Positions 1 to 9,482 of a stretch of 64,000 bases of DNA are shown here, in pieces. Within the stretch, counting starts at the first letter, position 1; every line of letters starts with the position of its first letter. The stretch comes from Paludibacteraceae bacterium (GTDB lineage: Bacteria; Bacteroidota; Bacteroidia; Bacteroidales; Paludibacteraceae), in the NCBI GenBank assembly GCA_045113275.1, contig JBGUIU010000300.1, positions 241-64,240 of the forward strand, in the 5' to 3' direction. Both the position numbers and the translations under genes were made by a program. The notes below the pieces were generated by a model. That model was given only the letters and a program-made list of their open reading frames with translations, made no database searches and was not told the DNA's origin.

Positions 1-16
1 TAGCTTTTCACTTTCT

Positions 17-1144
17 CTATCTCAGGCAATTGGCATAGATGGAAAGAAAGATCTTTTCTAACTCTGCTTCGTCTGCTTTTAGTTCTAATGCGGCCAATCC
101 TTTCTTCATGTATTGTGTGAAGTTGTCTTTCTCTTCGGCTGAATATAGATGGGCATATTGATTGCTTTGTGTCAAAAGATCGTATGCAATGTAGTTGGTG
201 TTGTAAATCTTTCTTCCTTGGTTGATTCTTTGATCAATGATTTCTCCCAGCATTTCGAACTTCTCGTTTTTCTCTTTCTGATTGCACAATTCAAGTTCCT
301 CTCGTGTGATAGGTTTGCATACGGAAAGATGTATCTTCCCCTTTTTCTGTTTGATGCCGGTGATGATACTGTTGAGGTCTTCATTTTCTCCTTTGATGTA
401 TTTTTCCAGACGGGAGATGTAGAGTTCTGCGGTCTTTAGGAAATCACATGGCTCATATTCGTAGGATATGGAGATAGGGGTGAGACTGAGTTCGTCAAGA
501 TTATCAACAAAGCTCAGGTTGCTGCTTAACGATAGCATCTTCAGGACACCTAACTCGGTTTTGTCTTTACCGTCTTTTGTTCGTCCGTTTCGTTGTGCAA
601 TCCATACTGATTCGTGAAGATCTTTTATGACATGTCGCATGTAGGCTGACACTTCTAATGAGTTCTTGTAAAAATCTTTGATATTGCCTCCTCGTACGAT
701 CCGAAACATTTTATTTAGCTTCCCAACATTGATGACAAGATCTCCCTTCATTAAGTTGCTTCCGAAGGTGATTTGACAGGTGTCGATGTTGTGTTCTGTC
801 AATAATACATCAAGAATGGCGGCATCCAATACGATGTCGCGGTGATTGGCAATGAATATATGTCGATGCTGGTTATCAATTTCTTCTAATCCGTTGAATG
901 TGAGTCCCGTGCTTGATTTTGTCAGGATGGCTCTTATGGCTTTATGCATAATCTTCTCCTGAAACTCTTTTATGGTACGAATTTCAGATAGATTATGACG
1001 GATCTGTTCCATATCGGCTCCTGGTTGTAAATAGTTGACGACAATTGGAAAGAAGTTGTCATGCAATATTTCATGGATAGCATAGGGAACCTCAGCGTCT
1101 GTATAGGGACGGGTTTGTTCAAAATTGTAAGTCATCTCCATCAT
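17..1144 (-). CDS. PlsC-superfamily acyltransferase (lysophospholipid/glycerolipid acyltransferase-like); most distal operon gene visible in the window
   Basis: 375-aa ORF. Acyltransferase blocks 'FIANHRDIVLDAAILD' and 'WIAQRNGRTKDGKD'. Only 2 nt from the upstream ligase gene. Confidence 0.7.
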   Translation of the reverse strand: MMEMTYNFEQTRPYTDAEVPYAIHEILHDNFFPIVVNYLQPGADMEQIRHNLSEIRTIKEFQEKIMHKAIRAILTKSSTGLTFNGLEEIDNQHRHIFIANHRDIVLDAAILDVLLTEHNIDTCQITFGSNLMKGDLVINVGKLNKMFRIVRGGNIKDFYKNSLEVSAYMRHVIKDLHESVWIAQRNGRTKDGKDKTELGVLKMLSLSSNLSFVDNLDELSLTPISISYEYEPCDFLKTAELYISRLEKYIKGENEDLNSIITGIKQKKGKIHLSVCKPITREELELCNQKEKNEKFEMLGEIIDQRINQGRKIYNTNYIAYDLLTQSNQYAHLYSAEEKDNFTQYMKKGLAALELKADEAELEKIFLSIYANCLR

Positions 1145-1146
1145 TG

Positions 1147-2445
1147 TTATTTCCTGTTGTCTATGAATTTAGTCGGTTTGCGTTTGATCTCAGGCAAAAC
1201 AATTTTCTGAATCTCATCGATTGTTTTGAATTGGATGTCGGGTGCGACTCTCAGTTTAGCTCTGAAACGATCTTTCAGTTCTTTGATCATCTCCGTCTTA
1301 GGTTCTTTGACTCCGATATAGGCAGTTAGATGATCCATTCCTATCTCATTGGAAGTCACTTCAATATAGTAGTTTTCTACGTAATCGGTATTATCTAGCA
1401 CATCGAAGACAGAGGCAGGATATAGTGTTGTGCCTTTGAATTTGATCATCTGTTTCTTTCGACCGATGATAGGGCTTATCCTCATGGTGGTTCTGCCACA
1501 GCTGCATGGTTCGTAGTGGAATCGGGCAACATCTCCTGTTCTGAAACGTAGTAGCGGCATGCCTTCTACTCCAAGTGTGGTGATGGTGAGTTCGCCAATC
1601 TCTCCTTCCTTGACTGGGTTATCGTTTTCGTCAATTAGTTCGCAGATGATGAGTTCTGGATGGTGATGTCCTCCTTTCCCTGCTGAACATTCACAGAAAG
1701 AGGTGCTCATCTCTGTGGAGGCGTAGGTGGAGTAGAGCTCAATGTCCCATTTCTCTTTGATCTTACTGCCTAATAGGTTGAGTGAGAAGTCATCGTTTCT
1801 AAGATTCTCTCCGATGCAGACAGCTTTCTTTATGCTGGAGTTTCTGTAGTCGATGCCATGTTCTTCTGCGTAACGAATGATTCGTAAAATGAAAGAAGGA
1901 ACGCAGATGATTGCATCTGGTTTGATGCGTTGAATGGTGTCCCATTGTAGCTCAGGTATTCCGTTGCCGACACGAATCAATCCTGCACCCATCATGCGGA
2001 TGCCGAGACAATAGGCATAGCCTGCCATGAATCGTTTGTCGATGGTGGTCATCAGTTGATACACTTCACCAGGATGGCCTCCTGCACCTGTGAAAGAAAT
2101 GGCCTCATTGTAGGCTAAACGAACTAAGTCGTTCTCTGTCATGGCAAAGGTGGTCGGGTCGCTTAATGTACCTGATGTGGTGATATAATCGCGTATCTCG
2201 GAAGGTTCTACGCAGAAGAAATCCTTGTTGTAGCGTTGTAAGTCTTCTTTCGTTGTGAAGGGAACTACCTGAAGATCTTCTAATGTCTTTATCTTTTTAA
2301 TATCGATATGATGTGTTTCAAACATTCTTTTGTAGAAGTTCGATTTGGCATTTAAATATTCTAAAGCTTGTGCCAGTTTCTCTTCTTGAAAAGTTTTTAT
2401 GATATTTCTAGGTTGAAACTCGATTGCTGGTTCAAATTTGTTCAT
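1147..2445 (-). CDS. Phenylacetate-CoA ligase-like (PaaK / coenzyme F390 synthetase family) adenylate-forming enzyme; candidate starter-unit activating enzyme
   Basis: 432 aa. 'YITTSGTLSDPTTF' adenylation P-loop-like motif. PaaK-like length and two-domain layout. 4-nt gap to the upstream gene. Confidence 0.75.
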   Translation of the reverse strand: MNKFEPAIEFQPRNIIKTFQEEKLAQALEYLNAKSNFYKRMFETHHIDIKKIKTLEDLQVVPFTTKEDLQRYNKDFFCVEPSEIRDYITTSGTLSDPTTFAMTENDLVRLAYNEAISFTGAGGHPGEVYQLMTTIDKRFMAGYAYCLGIRMMGAGLIRVGNGIPELQWDTIQRIKPDAIICVPSFILRIIRYAEEHGIDYRNSSIKKAVCIGENLRNDDFSLNLLGSKIKEKWDIELYSTYASTEMSTSFCECSAGKGGHHHPELIICELIDENDNPVKEGEIGELTITTLGVEGMPLLRFRTGDVARFHYEPCSCGRTTMRISPIIGRKKQMIKFKGTTLYPASVFDVLDNTDYVENYYIEVTSNEIGMDHLTAYIGVKEPKTEMIKELKDRFRAKLRVAPDIQFKTIDEIQKIVLPEIKRKPTKFIDNRK

Positions 2446-2449
2446 ATCT

Positions 2450-3325
2450 TTAATGTTTCAGTAATTGATTATCTATCAGCCATTTCTTTAGTAATGCACC
2501 CCAGTCTTTAGTCTCCTCACTGCGTGTGCGAATGACACCAAAGCCATGTCCTCCGTGTTCCATAAGATGATACTCACACGGAATATTCTTCTGTTTGAGG
2601 GCGCGATACAGTACTTCACTGTTTTTATAGTTGACCACATCATCGTCTTTGCATGCTAGCAAGAATACGGGTGGCATATCTTCTGGTATCTGTTGCTCTA
2701 TGGAAAATTTAGTTATATCCGAAAGCGTGTAGTTCTTTGTTAAAAGATTTTCTCTTGATTTTTCGTGGACGATGCTATCCTGCATGGATACCACCGGATA
2801 GATTGGGCAGACGAAATCAGGTCTTAGATTGATCCCTTTCGTGTCGATGTTTCTTGCGTTAAGATAGTTTTCTTTATGGAATGCACCGCCCATGGAAACT
2901 AAGTGTCCGCCTGCCGAGAAACCGATGCAGCCGATGTTCTCGATGTTCCACTCTTTTGCTTTTTCTTGTATGATCTGCATGCCTCGTTGGAAGTCTTCAA
3001 TCATAGCAGGGTGATGGTTGCCACGCATGGCTACTCGGTAACGTAAGACAACAGCGATGACTCCCCATTGGTTGAAATACTCTGCCACTTCCGATCCTTC
3101 GTTGGTGAGTCCTAGGTGATGATAACTGCCTCCTGGACAGATCAGAATGCAGGTTTTGCTTCGCTTAATGCTGTCGTTGGGAAAGAATACACGTAGTTCA
3201 GGACGCTTCTCTTTCGCATTGACAGGTTCATCCCATAGCTTTATGACAGTATAATCGGAAGCGTGAAGAGAGCCTAGTAACCATGTAAATAAAAAAAGTA
3301 CTATTAAATTCTTATTGCGTTTCAT
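2450..3325 (-). CDS. Secreted alpha/beta-hydrolase (esterase/lipase-like)
   Basis: 291 aa. Signal peptide 'MKRNKNLIVLFLFTWLLGSLHA'. GxSxG nucleophile elbow 'GFSAGGH'. C-terminal 'EHGGHGFG'. Preceded by a 105-nt gap, the largest in the operon. Confidence 0.75.
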   Translation of the reverse strand: MKRNKNLIVLFLFTWLLGSLHASDYTVIKLWDEPVNAKEKRPELRVFFPNDSIKRSKTCILICPGGSYHHLGLTNEGSEVAEYFNQWGVIAVVLRYRVAMRGNHHPAMIEDFQRGMQIIQEKAKEWNIENIGCIGFSAGGHLVSMGGAFHKENYLNARNIDTKGINLRPDFVCPIYPVVSMQDSIVHEKSRENLLTKNYTLSDITKFSIEQQIPEDMPPVFLLACKDDDVVNYKNSEVLYRALKQKNIPCEYHLMEHGGHGFGVIRTRSEETKDWGALLKKWLIDNQLLKH

Positions 3326-3430
3326 CTATAAATGTTTAATTGTGCGAATATAATGATTTTTTTTATATAGATGGGTGCTATGAAATCATTTTGTGGGGAT
3401 GTTGAATGATTGTTGTTTGACAATCTCCGT

Positions 3431-6400
3431 TTATTTATATTCCAAGTTCTTCGGCACTGAAATACAATTTTGGGCGATGGAGAGTTTCTCTTTGTCTGAT
3501 TCTGTTGCCGTTATGTGCAGATCTTTCTTGACCAGTGCTGCAAGTAAGGCATACTCTCCTTGTCCACACTCTTTAAGTGTGTATTCACCATGGTCAGGAA
3601 GTTTGCTGACGAATTCATTTGCGGCAGAAGAGAAGATTTTCTTACGGGCTTCTTTCGCTATGCTGGCTCCCTTGTAGATATAGTTGTGATAGACCAGATC
3701 TTTGAAGTAATCGACTGTTTCAATCTCATCACACATCTTTTTGTATTCTTCTTGATAGTATTTGCGAAATGCCTGTGCGGTTGATTTGATGTCTATATTT
3801 GTTCTTAACGGATGGTCAGAGTTCACCTCTGGTAATATTTTCACATCCACGCGGCCTTTTCGAAGGATGAATTCTTGTTTAGGGAAAACATGTCCGACAC
3901 CATGAATAACAATAGGCACAATGTTCAGATTGAATTTTTGTGCTAGATAAAAGGCACCTTGATGGAATCTCAGAATTGAGCAGTCTTCGGAACGAGTGCC
4001 TTCTGGGAATATGAGAATCGAGTAGCCTTTCTGAATGACCGATCTTAATGTCTCTACACTCTTCTCTATGCCTTCGCTGACAGGGAAGAAATCAGCATAT
4101 CGTATGATTCTTCCGTAGAAAGGACAGTTCCACACCCATTGATTGGTTAAACAGATGATCTTAGGGTGTAGCATCAGTGTGTACATTAAATCTATATGCG
4201 ATTGATGATTGCAGATGAGAATGGATGGTTCATCAAAGTTGTGATTGGATTCATTGATGATAGAGTGTTTGATGTTGGGTATCAGTTTCGCCATCCGACG
4301 GAGGGTGTTGCAGAGGATTGTGTGATACTTGAGTTTGTTCTTATCACTCTTCTTGCGAATGGTAAGAAGGAAAAATCCTATGATGGAGATGATAAGACTA
4401 CCGACCAGGAATACGATGAAACTGACGATGGTTGATCCTAAGTTCCTTAGCGTGATAGGCATAAGACGTGCTTCTCCCTTGTGTGTGGTGAGCCATTTGT
4501 AGATGAGCGGAGGAAAGAGATATGCCATCAAGATGACACAGAACATACCGACGATCGTTAGTTCTGCTAATGACTTCATCGCAGGATGTTTCGCTACGAT
4601 GAGTGCCCCTATACCGATAAACATGATACAGGCGGATAGAAAGACAGAGTTTTTATATGAGGCAAGCACTTTCTTCTTGTGCGTGTATTCGTACATGAGT
4701 CCTTCTGTCACGAATATTGTATAGTCATCTCCCTGTCCGAAGATGAATGTGGATAGGATGATATTGACAATGTTGAAACGGATGTCGCATAGGTTCATGA
4801 TGCCTAAGATCCATATCCATCCAAATGTTAATGGCAAGAAGGCTAATAGGCTTAATTCAACTCTTCCGAATGAGAGTGTAAGGAATAAAAATACGATGAA
4901 AGCGCAAATGAAGAGCACATGGTTGAAATCTTGAGAGAGGGTTTCTATCATATGCTGAAAGTAGGATTGCGTGTTGATGGTATAGATGTTGGGGGTGATT
5001 TTGTTGAGTTGTTTTTCTAGTTGAAACACCTTCTCTTTTTCACATTCTAATACCGTGTACACAAGTGCCTTGCATGAGTCTTCATATATGTATAGGTTGG
5101 TGAGCGCTTTTTGAATGGGTTGAAAATGTTTCTCGTCATCAACAAGCATTGGCTGACTGATTTTATCGATAAAATGGGAGAAAATACTGTAATTGAAACC
5201 GATCGCTTCGCCTTCTTTTACGATTAGCTTGGACATGATCTCTTTGTTCTGCTCCCAGTACTCATTCCATTTTTGTATATGGTCGGCTCTGGATTGCATG
5301 GTGGTGGCGAAACATCCGACGCCGGATTCCCGAATGATCAATCCTTTCTTCTTCAGCTCGGTGGTCTCCTTTTGTAGTTTTGTGAGATGTGCTAATGCTT
5401 CGTCTAGGTTCTTTCCGTCGCAGACACAATACATCTTGGCATGATTGTTTTCCGTCTCATCAATTAGCATGGATAACTCCTCTTTTTGTGAGTCGGTCAT
5501 GAAATTGATCTTGTGCAAATCGGTCTCAAACTCAGTTTTTGTGCTGAAGTAATAGAGAGGAATGGTTAATAGGATAATTCCCCATACCAACCATCTTTTC
5601 TTCTCCCACTCTACGTTGACGATCTTACCAAACATCAGTTGATGACTCTGCTGCGCTTTGAATAGCTTGTTTTTAAAGAGATGAGGTAAGAAGAGTAAGA
5701 CAAATAGGATTGTGCCGATCAATAGGAGCGCTGAGAATAATCCCATGTCTCTCATGGCCTGTGAGCGAATGAAAAGAATGCTTAAGAATGCACCTACGGT
5801 AGTGATGTTGCCAACGATGAGTGGAGATGTGATCTCTCGTATGGTCTCTTCACGGTTGGAACACTCTTTTAGATGTGCCAGGAAATGGAGCGGATAGTTA
5901 ACTGCAATGCCCACAATGACAGAACCAATTCCTATTGCAATGATTGATATGGAGTCTTTGAATAAGGCAAGGAAACCAAGTGCAAATAGCGTTCCGAAGA
6001 GGATGGAGAACAAGATGAGACCAATCGCACGTATGTCTTTGTAAAAGAAAAAGAGAAGAACGCATATACCTAGAAGGGCGATGATGGATGAAACGAGGGT
6101 GTCGTTCTTGATCTGTTGTGCATTGCTGATGGATATCTCGCATGCACCAATGTGTTTGATTTGGTATAGATTCTCTTTCCCCTTGATGCTGTTTTGTGCG
6201 GTTTTATCGATGATTTTAATCCATTCTTTGTTGAGGTTGGTCTCGCTTGCAGGTGTTTCGCTGGATAATGTGATAAGTAGTTTATCCTTCGTCTTATTGA
6301 AGATGTAGCTATTGTATTGCTGAAATGTATTCTCTTGGTAAGAGTCTTTCAGCTTTTTGAGGATCGAGTTGGAGATATGTAGCGGATCCTTTAGAATTAT

Positions 6401-6916
6401 ATTCTGAAAGAAAGAACCCGTTGGAGAATACAACATGTTTTGATTCCATTGTAGTTCCTGACGTATTTTTGATTCGTCGATCATAAGAGAATCCAATCTC
6501 TTGTAATCTTCCGAACTCATGAAGTAGGGGAGATTTTCCAGGATGAAATCGGTTAATTCTGCTATGTCAGAATCTGATATTTTATAAAACAGATCGCTGG
6601 TCAGATTGCGGGTATCATTCTTCTTCAGTTCAGATTGGAACGTCTCAGCAAGTTGTGTCAGACTATCGCGAAAGCCTGGGAACGTGTCGGTGCAGGATAG
6701 GGTAACAAGAATCTTGTTTCCTGTGTCGATGTGTTGGTAAGCCTCGGATATCTTTTGTGCTTTTTCACTTTGTGGCAGAAAATCGTTGATGTTTTCTGAG
6801 AACTGAAGATGAGACAAACAGAGTGTGAAGAACAGAATGACACCTGCGAGCAACCAGTAGAGTTGCTTTGGATTCCGTTCAAAATGTTTATATAGGGAAA
6901 GGATTCTTTGTTTCAT
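3431..6916 (-). CDS. Fusion protein: MMPL/RND-type exporter + PlsC-type lysophospholipid acyltransferase + short class-I methyltransferase-like tail
   Basis: 1161 aa. Two blocks of multiple TM helices separated by large soluble loops (MMPL layout) over roughly aa 1-840. 'ILICNHQSHIDLMY' (HX4D) and 'IFPEGTRSED' acyltransferase motifs. The last ~60 aa, 'TLKECGQGEYALLAAL..HITATESD', resemble SAM motif I/post-I. ATGA start/stop overlap with the GT2 gene. Confidence 0.8.
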   Translation of the reverse strand: MKQRILSLYKHFERNPKQLYWLLAGVILFFTLCLSHLQFSENINDFLPQSEKAQKISEAYQHIDTGNKILVTLSCTDTFPGFRDSLTQLAETFQSELKKNDTRNLTSDLFYKISDSDIAELTDFILENLPYFMSSEDYKRLDSLMIDESKIRQELQWNQNMLYSPTGSFFQNIILKDPLHISNSILKKLKDSYQENTFQQYNSYIFNKTKDKLLITLSSETPASETNLNKEWIKIIDKTAQNSIKGKENLYQIKHIGACEISISNAQQIKNDTLVSSIIALLGICVLLFFFYKDIRAIGLILFSILFGTLFALGFLALFKDSISIIAIGIGSVIVGIAVNYPLHFLAHLKECSNREETIREITSPLIVGNITTVGAFLSILFIRSQAMRDMGLFSALLLIGTILFVLLFLPHLFKNKLFKAQQSHQLMFGKIVNVEWEKKRWLVWGIILLTIPLYYFSTKTEFETDLHKINFMTDSQKEELSMLIDETENNHAKMYCVCDGKNLDEALAHLTKLQKETTELKKKGLIIRESGVGCFATTMQSRADHIQKWNEYWEQNKEIMSKLIVKEGEAIGFNYSIFSHFIDKISQPMLVDDEKHFQPIQKALTNLYIYEDSCKALVYTVLECEKEKVFQLEKQLNKITPNIYTINTQSYFQHMIETLSQDFNHVLFICAFIVFLFLTLSFGRVELSLLAFLPLTFGWIWILGIMNLCDIRFNIVNIILSTFIFGQGDDYTIFVTEGLMYEYTHKKKVLASYKNSVFLSACIMFIGIGALIVAKHPAMKSLAELTIVGMFCVILMAYLFPPLIYKWLTTHKGEARLMPITLRNLGSTIVSFIVFLVGSLIISIIGFFLLTIRKKSDKNKLKYHTILCNTLRRMAKLIPNIKHSIINESNHNFDEPSILICNHQSHIDLMYTLMLHPKIICLTNQWVWNCPFYGRIIRYADFFPVSEGIEKSVETLRSVIQKGYSILIFPEGTRSEDCSILRFHQGAFYLAQKFNLNIVPIVIHGVGHVFPKQEFILRKGRVDVKILPEVNSDHPLRTNIDIKSTAQAFRKYYQEEYKKMCDEIETVDYFKDLVYHNYIYKGASIAKEARKKIFSSAANEFVSKLPDHGEYTLKECGQGEYALLAALVKKDLHITATESDKEKLSIAQNCISVPKNLEYK

Positions 6917-7695
6917 TTCATGCAGTTTTTAATTTTTTTGTAAAGCATTCGTATCAGCATGGATGGATATCCATAGAGTATAGCCAAAAGACAGAGAACC
7001 GTGTTTAAGATGCTTATTCTTAAGAAGTCTTTCCCTGGTCGGAAGTGTGATACTCTTTCTCCTTTGGGCGGATAATAGACATTGATGTTTAGGCTGACCA
7101 TCGGGATCAGTCTCCATGCACAACGTACCAGTAGTTCTAATTCAGCTTCGTAACGTTTGTTGAAGGGAGTCATGTATTTCATCTCCTTCAGTGGATAGAG
7201 GCGATAGCCTGTCTGCGTATCGGGTAGCTTGTGTGCGGTTTGCAACGTAAACCAGAAGTTGGAAAAACGGTTGGCAAACGTATTAGCACCAGGCATGTTA
7301 GCATTGTCAAACGACCGACTTCCAATCAGGAACGCATCTTGGTTCTTTTGGTGAGCCTCAATAAAGAGAGGCAGATCGGATAGCTTATGCTGTCCATCAG
7401 AATCGAGTGTGATGATGGAGTTCCACCCTTGCGTTTTTGCATAGAGAAAACCCTCTTTCAACGCATTTCCTTTTCCTTGGTTTTGTTGGTATGATATGAT
7501 ATGAATTTTCCCCTTCCATCGGGATAAAATTTCTTTTGTATGGTCGGTGGAACCATCATCCACGACAAGGAGGAGGGAAGTGTAGTTTTGCGCCTCTGAA
7601 ATGATATGCTCTAACGTTTGATCATTGTTGTATGTAGGAATTAATAGCGCAATTTTGTTCGTATCTAAGTATTCTTTGATAACTATTGGCTCCAT
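6913..7695 (-). CDS. Family 2 glycosyltransferase
   Basis: 'IALLIPTYNNDQTLEHII', 'VVDDGSTDHT' and 'ITLDSDGQH' GT2 motifs. The ORF is open to 7746, but Met18 (7695) avoids a 37-nt overlap with the upstream gene. Confidence 0.8.
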   Translation of the reverse strand: MEPIVIKEYLDTNKIALLIPTYNNDQTLEHIISEAQNYTSLLLVVDDGSTDHTKEILSRWKGKIHIISYQQNQGKGNALKEGFLYAKTQGWNSIITLDSDGQHKLSDLPLFIEAHQKNQDAFLIGSRSFDNANMPGANTFANRFSNFWFTLQTAHKLPDTQTGYRLYPLKEMKYMTPFNKRYEAELELLVRCAWRLIPMVSLNINVYYPPKGERVSHFRPGKDFLRISILNTVLCLLAILYGYPSMLIRMLYKKIKNCMK

Positions 7696-7709
7696 CGGTA
7701 TTGGTTGGT

Positions 7710-8066
7710 TTATGACATCCTTGTGAAAACGATGTCTGATTTGCAATAAATCGTGTTATTGTCTTTTATAACTGATTTTACGATTGTTCCAGACTCCGAT
7801 TCATTGATAGACAAGAAGTGGAGTTGTACATCATCGGAATTTTCCGGATGTATGGGTTTAATGAATTTTACTGAAGTTATTTTACGGATTCTATAGTTGT
7901 TTGATAGTTTTGTTTCTAGCGCAACACGTGTTATTTCTGTTATGCAGGAGCCAGGCACAATAGGAAGCGATGGGAAATGAGCTTCAAACAGAACATGCTT
8001 ATTGTCGAAGTGTATTTCGAAGTGCTCTTGACATTGTTTGAGTTGGAAATAATTTGCTGCTCTCAT
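7710..8066 (-). CDS. FabZ/FabA-like hotdog-fold 3-hydroxyacyl-ACP dehydratase
   Basis: 118 aa. 'FEAHFPSLPIVPGSCITE' matches the FabZ 'HFP..P.mPG' active-site block. Confidence 0.7.
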   Translation of the reverse strand: MRAANYFQLKQCQEHFEIHFDNKHVLFEAHFPSLPIVPGSCITEITRVALETKLSNNYRIRKITSVKFIKPIHPENSDDVQLHFLSINESESGTIVKSVIKDNNTIYCKSDIVFTRMS

Positions 8067-8070
8067 CTTC

Positions 8071-8424
8071 TTATTTTATAATAAAGTAAGCTCCTAATAG
8101 AATAAGAAATACGCCAATCCATCGGGTAGATGGGATGCTTTCATGTAGGAAAAGCATTCCTAATAGCATACCGAATACGTAGCTGAGACAAGTGAGCGGA
8201 TAGGCCGATGACAATGGATAATGTTTTAAGATGTACATCCATAGAACCGTTGCCCCTCCCATGCAGATGCCGACGGCTAGAAACCACCAGTTGGTGAGTT
8301 GTGCCACAAAGAAACTCCAGGACCATGTGAATGTTCCAGCTTTTTGTAGGGCTTGCTTTAAACAGAACTGTCCGCTAGCAAGACAAAAAGATTGAATGAT
8401 GGACAATACTAATAATCTCAGCAT
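8071..8424 (-). CDS. Small 4-TM EamA/SMR-like membrane protein
   Basis: 117 aa, four hydrophobic helices. Ends in 'WIGVFLILLGAYFIIK', typical of half-size EamA/ArnE-like proteins. Confidence 0.5.
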   Translation of the reverse strand: MLRLLVLSIIQSFCLASGQFCLKQALQKAGTFTWSWSFFVAQLTNWWFLAVGICMGGATVLWMYILKHYPLSSAYPLTCLSYVFGMLLGMLFLHESIPSTRWIGVFLILLGAYFIIK

Positions 8425-9482
8425 GATCGTAGAAGTGTGATGGAATAATCTATTTTCTTAAAGTGGTTGACAACTAATATATTGGTTGGCTTGTGATTCT
8501 CTGTTGAATCCTCTTGCAATAGGAGATGTGTAGGGATCTGTTGCTGGTGGAGGCAGGTGGCTCCAACATAAACACCTATTGCCGACATGGTGAATGATTC
8601 TCCGAAGAGATGCTTATAGATGACCTTTTGTGCATGAGGCACAAGAAGATTGCTTATTCTGTTATACTCTTCATCATTTTCAATGTCCCCATTATGACCA
8701 AGGACTACAGTGTCTATGTCGCTTAATGTTAATTGATAAGAGGCAAGAAAACGGGTTGCCCTCTCGATCAGCTCCTTGTCAGAAGGAGTATGGAGTAGTT
8801 CAATGTCGCCTATCTCGCATAAGGTGTCTTCCGTCTTTTTATCGGTGAGTAGGATGCTAACACTGTTTTCACCAGCGAAACTTCCGGCGGAGTTAGCATG
8901 CTTGACATCGTCTGTTGTACAGATACTTTTTTTCCAGTATCCTGTATGGTCAAATAGTTTAAAGTAGGCATCTGACATCTCGTCTGATGCGTTTACTAAA
9001 ACAGAATGGACTTCGTTTAGCTTAAATTTCAGGAGCGCATTCATCAAGGCGCTATCAAAAGAAAGGCCTCTGTGAGAGAATGTGATGTTGTATCCATGGC
9101 ACTGAAAGGCAATGGCTATTTGAGAACCAATGGTGTTGTGCGTGGATTGTATGAAATTGGTAGGAGAGAGGCTTTGTTCATTGTTTTCTAACATTGAAGT
9201 CAGGAACTTCTCTGTGTTCTCAATGCAGCCTAATCCTGATCCGGTGAATATACCGTCTAATTGGGATCTTTGCTCTTCCTTTACACAGCCAAAAGCCGAT
9301 GTAAGCGCACATTTTAGTAATGTTCCCATACGTCTGGATGTGGCAGGAGAGAGGAATTGTTTGAAGTCGGGACAAATGAATCGGCAATGTCTTTGAGTTG
9401 GATATATAGGAGTTCTCATCCACTCGTCGGTAAGAGGAGATTGGATGGAGATTTGCGTTATTTTTTCTATGTATATGCTCAT
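8418..9482 (-). CDS. Beta-ketoacyl synthase-like protein lacking the catalytic Cys (chain-length-factor-like)
   Basis: Thiolase-fold-like sequence ('FIQSTHNTIGSQIAIAF', 'VLVNASDE'). Where KS enzymes carry 'ACxS' it reads 'FSHRGLSF'. Start taken at Met10, giving an ATGA overlap with the upstream KS stop (the ORF is open to 9509). Confidence 0.65.
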   Translation of the reverse strand: MSIYIEKITQISIQSPLTDEWMRTPIYPTQRHCRFICPDFKQFLSPATSRRMGTLLKCALTSAFGCVKEEQRSQLDGIFTGSGLGCIENTEKFLTSMLENNEQSLSPTNFIQSTHNTIGSQIAIAFQCHGYNITFSHRGLSFDSALMNALLKFKLNEVHSVLVNASDEMSDAYFKLFDHTGYWKKSICTTDDVKHANSAGSFAGENSVSILLTDKKTEDTLCEIGDIELLHTPSDKELIERATRFLASYQLTLSDIDTVVLGHNGDIENDEEYNRISNLLVPHAQKVIYKHLFGESFTMSAIGVYVGATCLHQQQIPTHLLLQEDSTENHKPTNILVVNHFKKIDYSITLLRSC

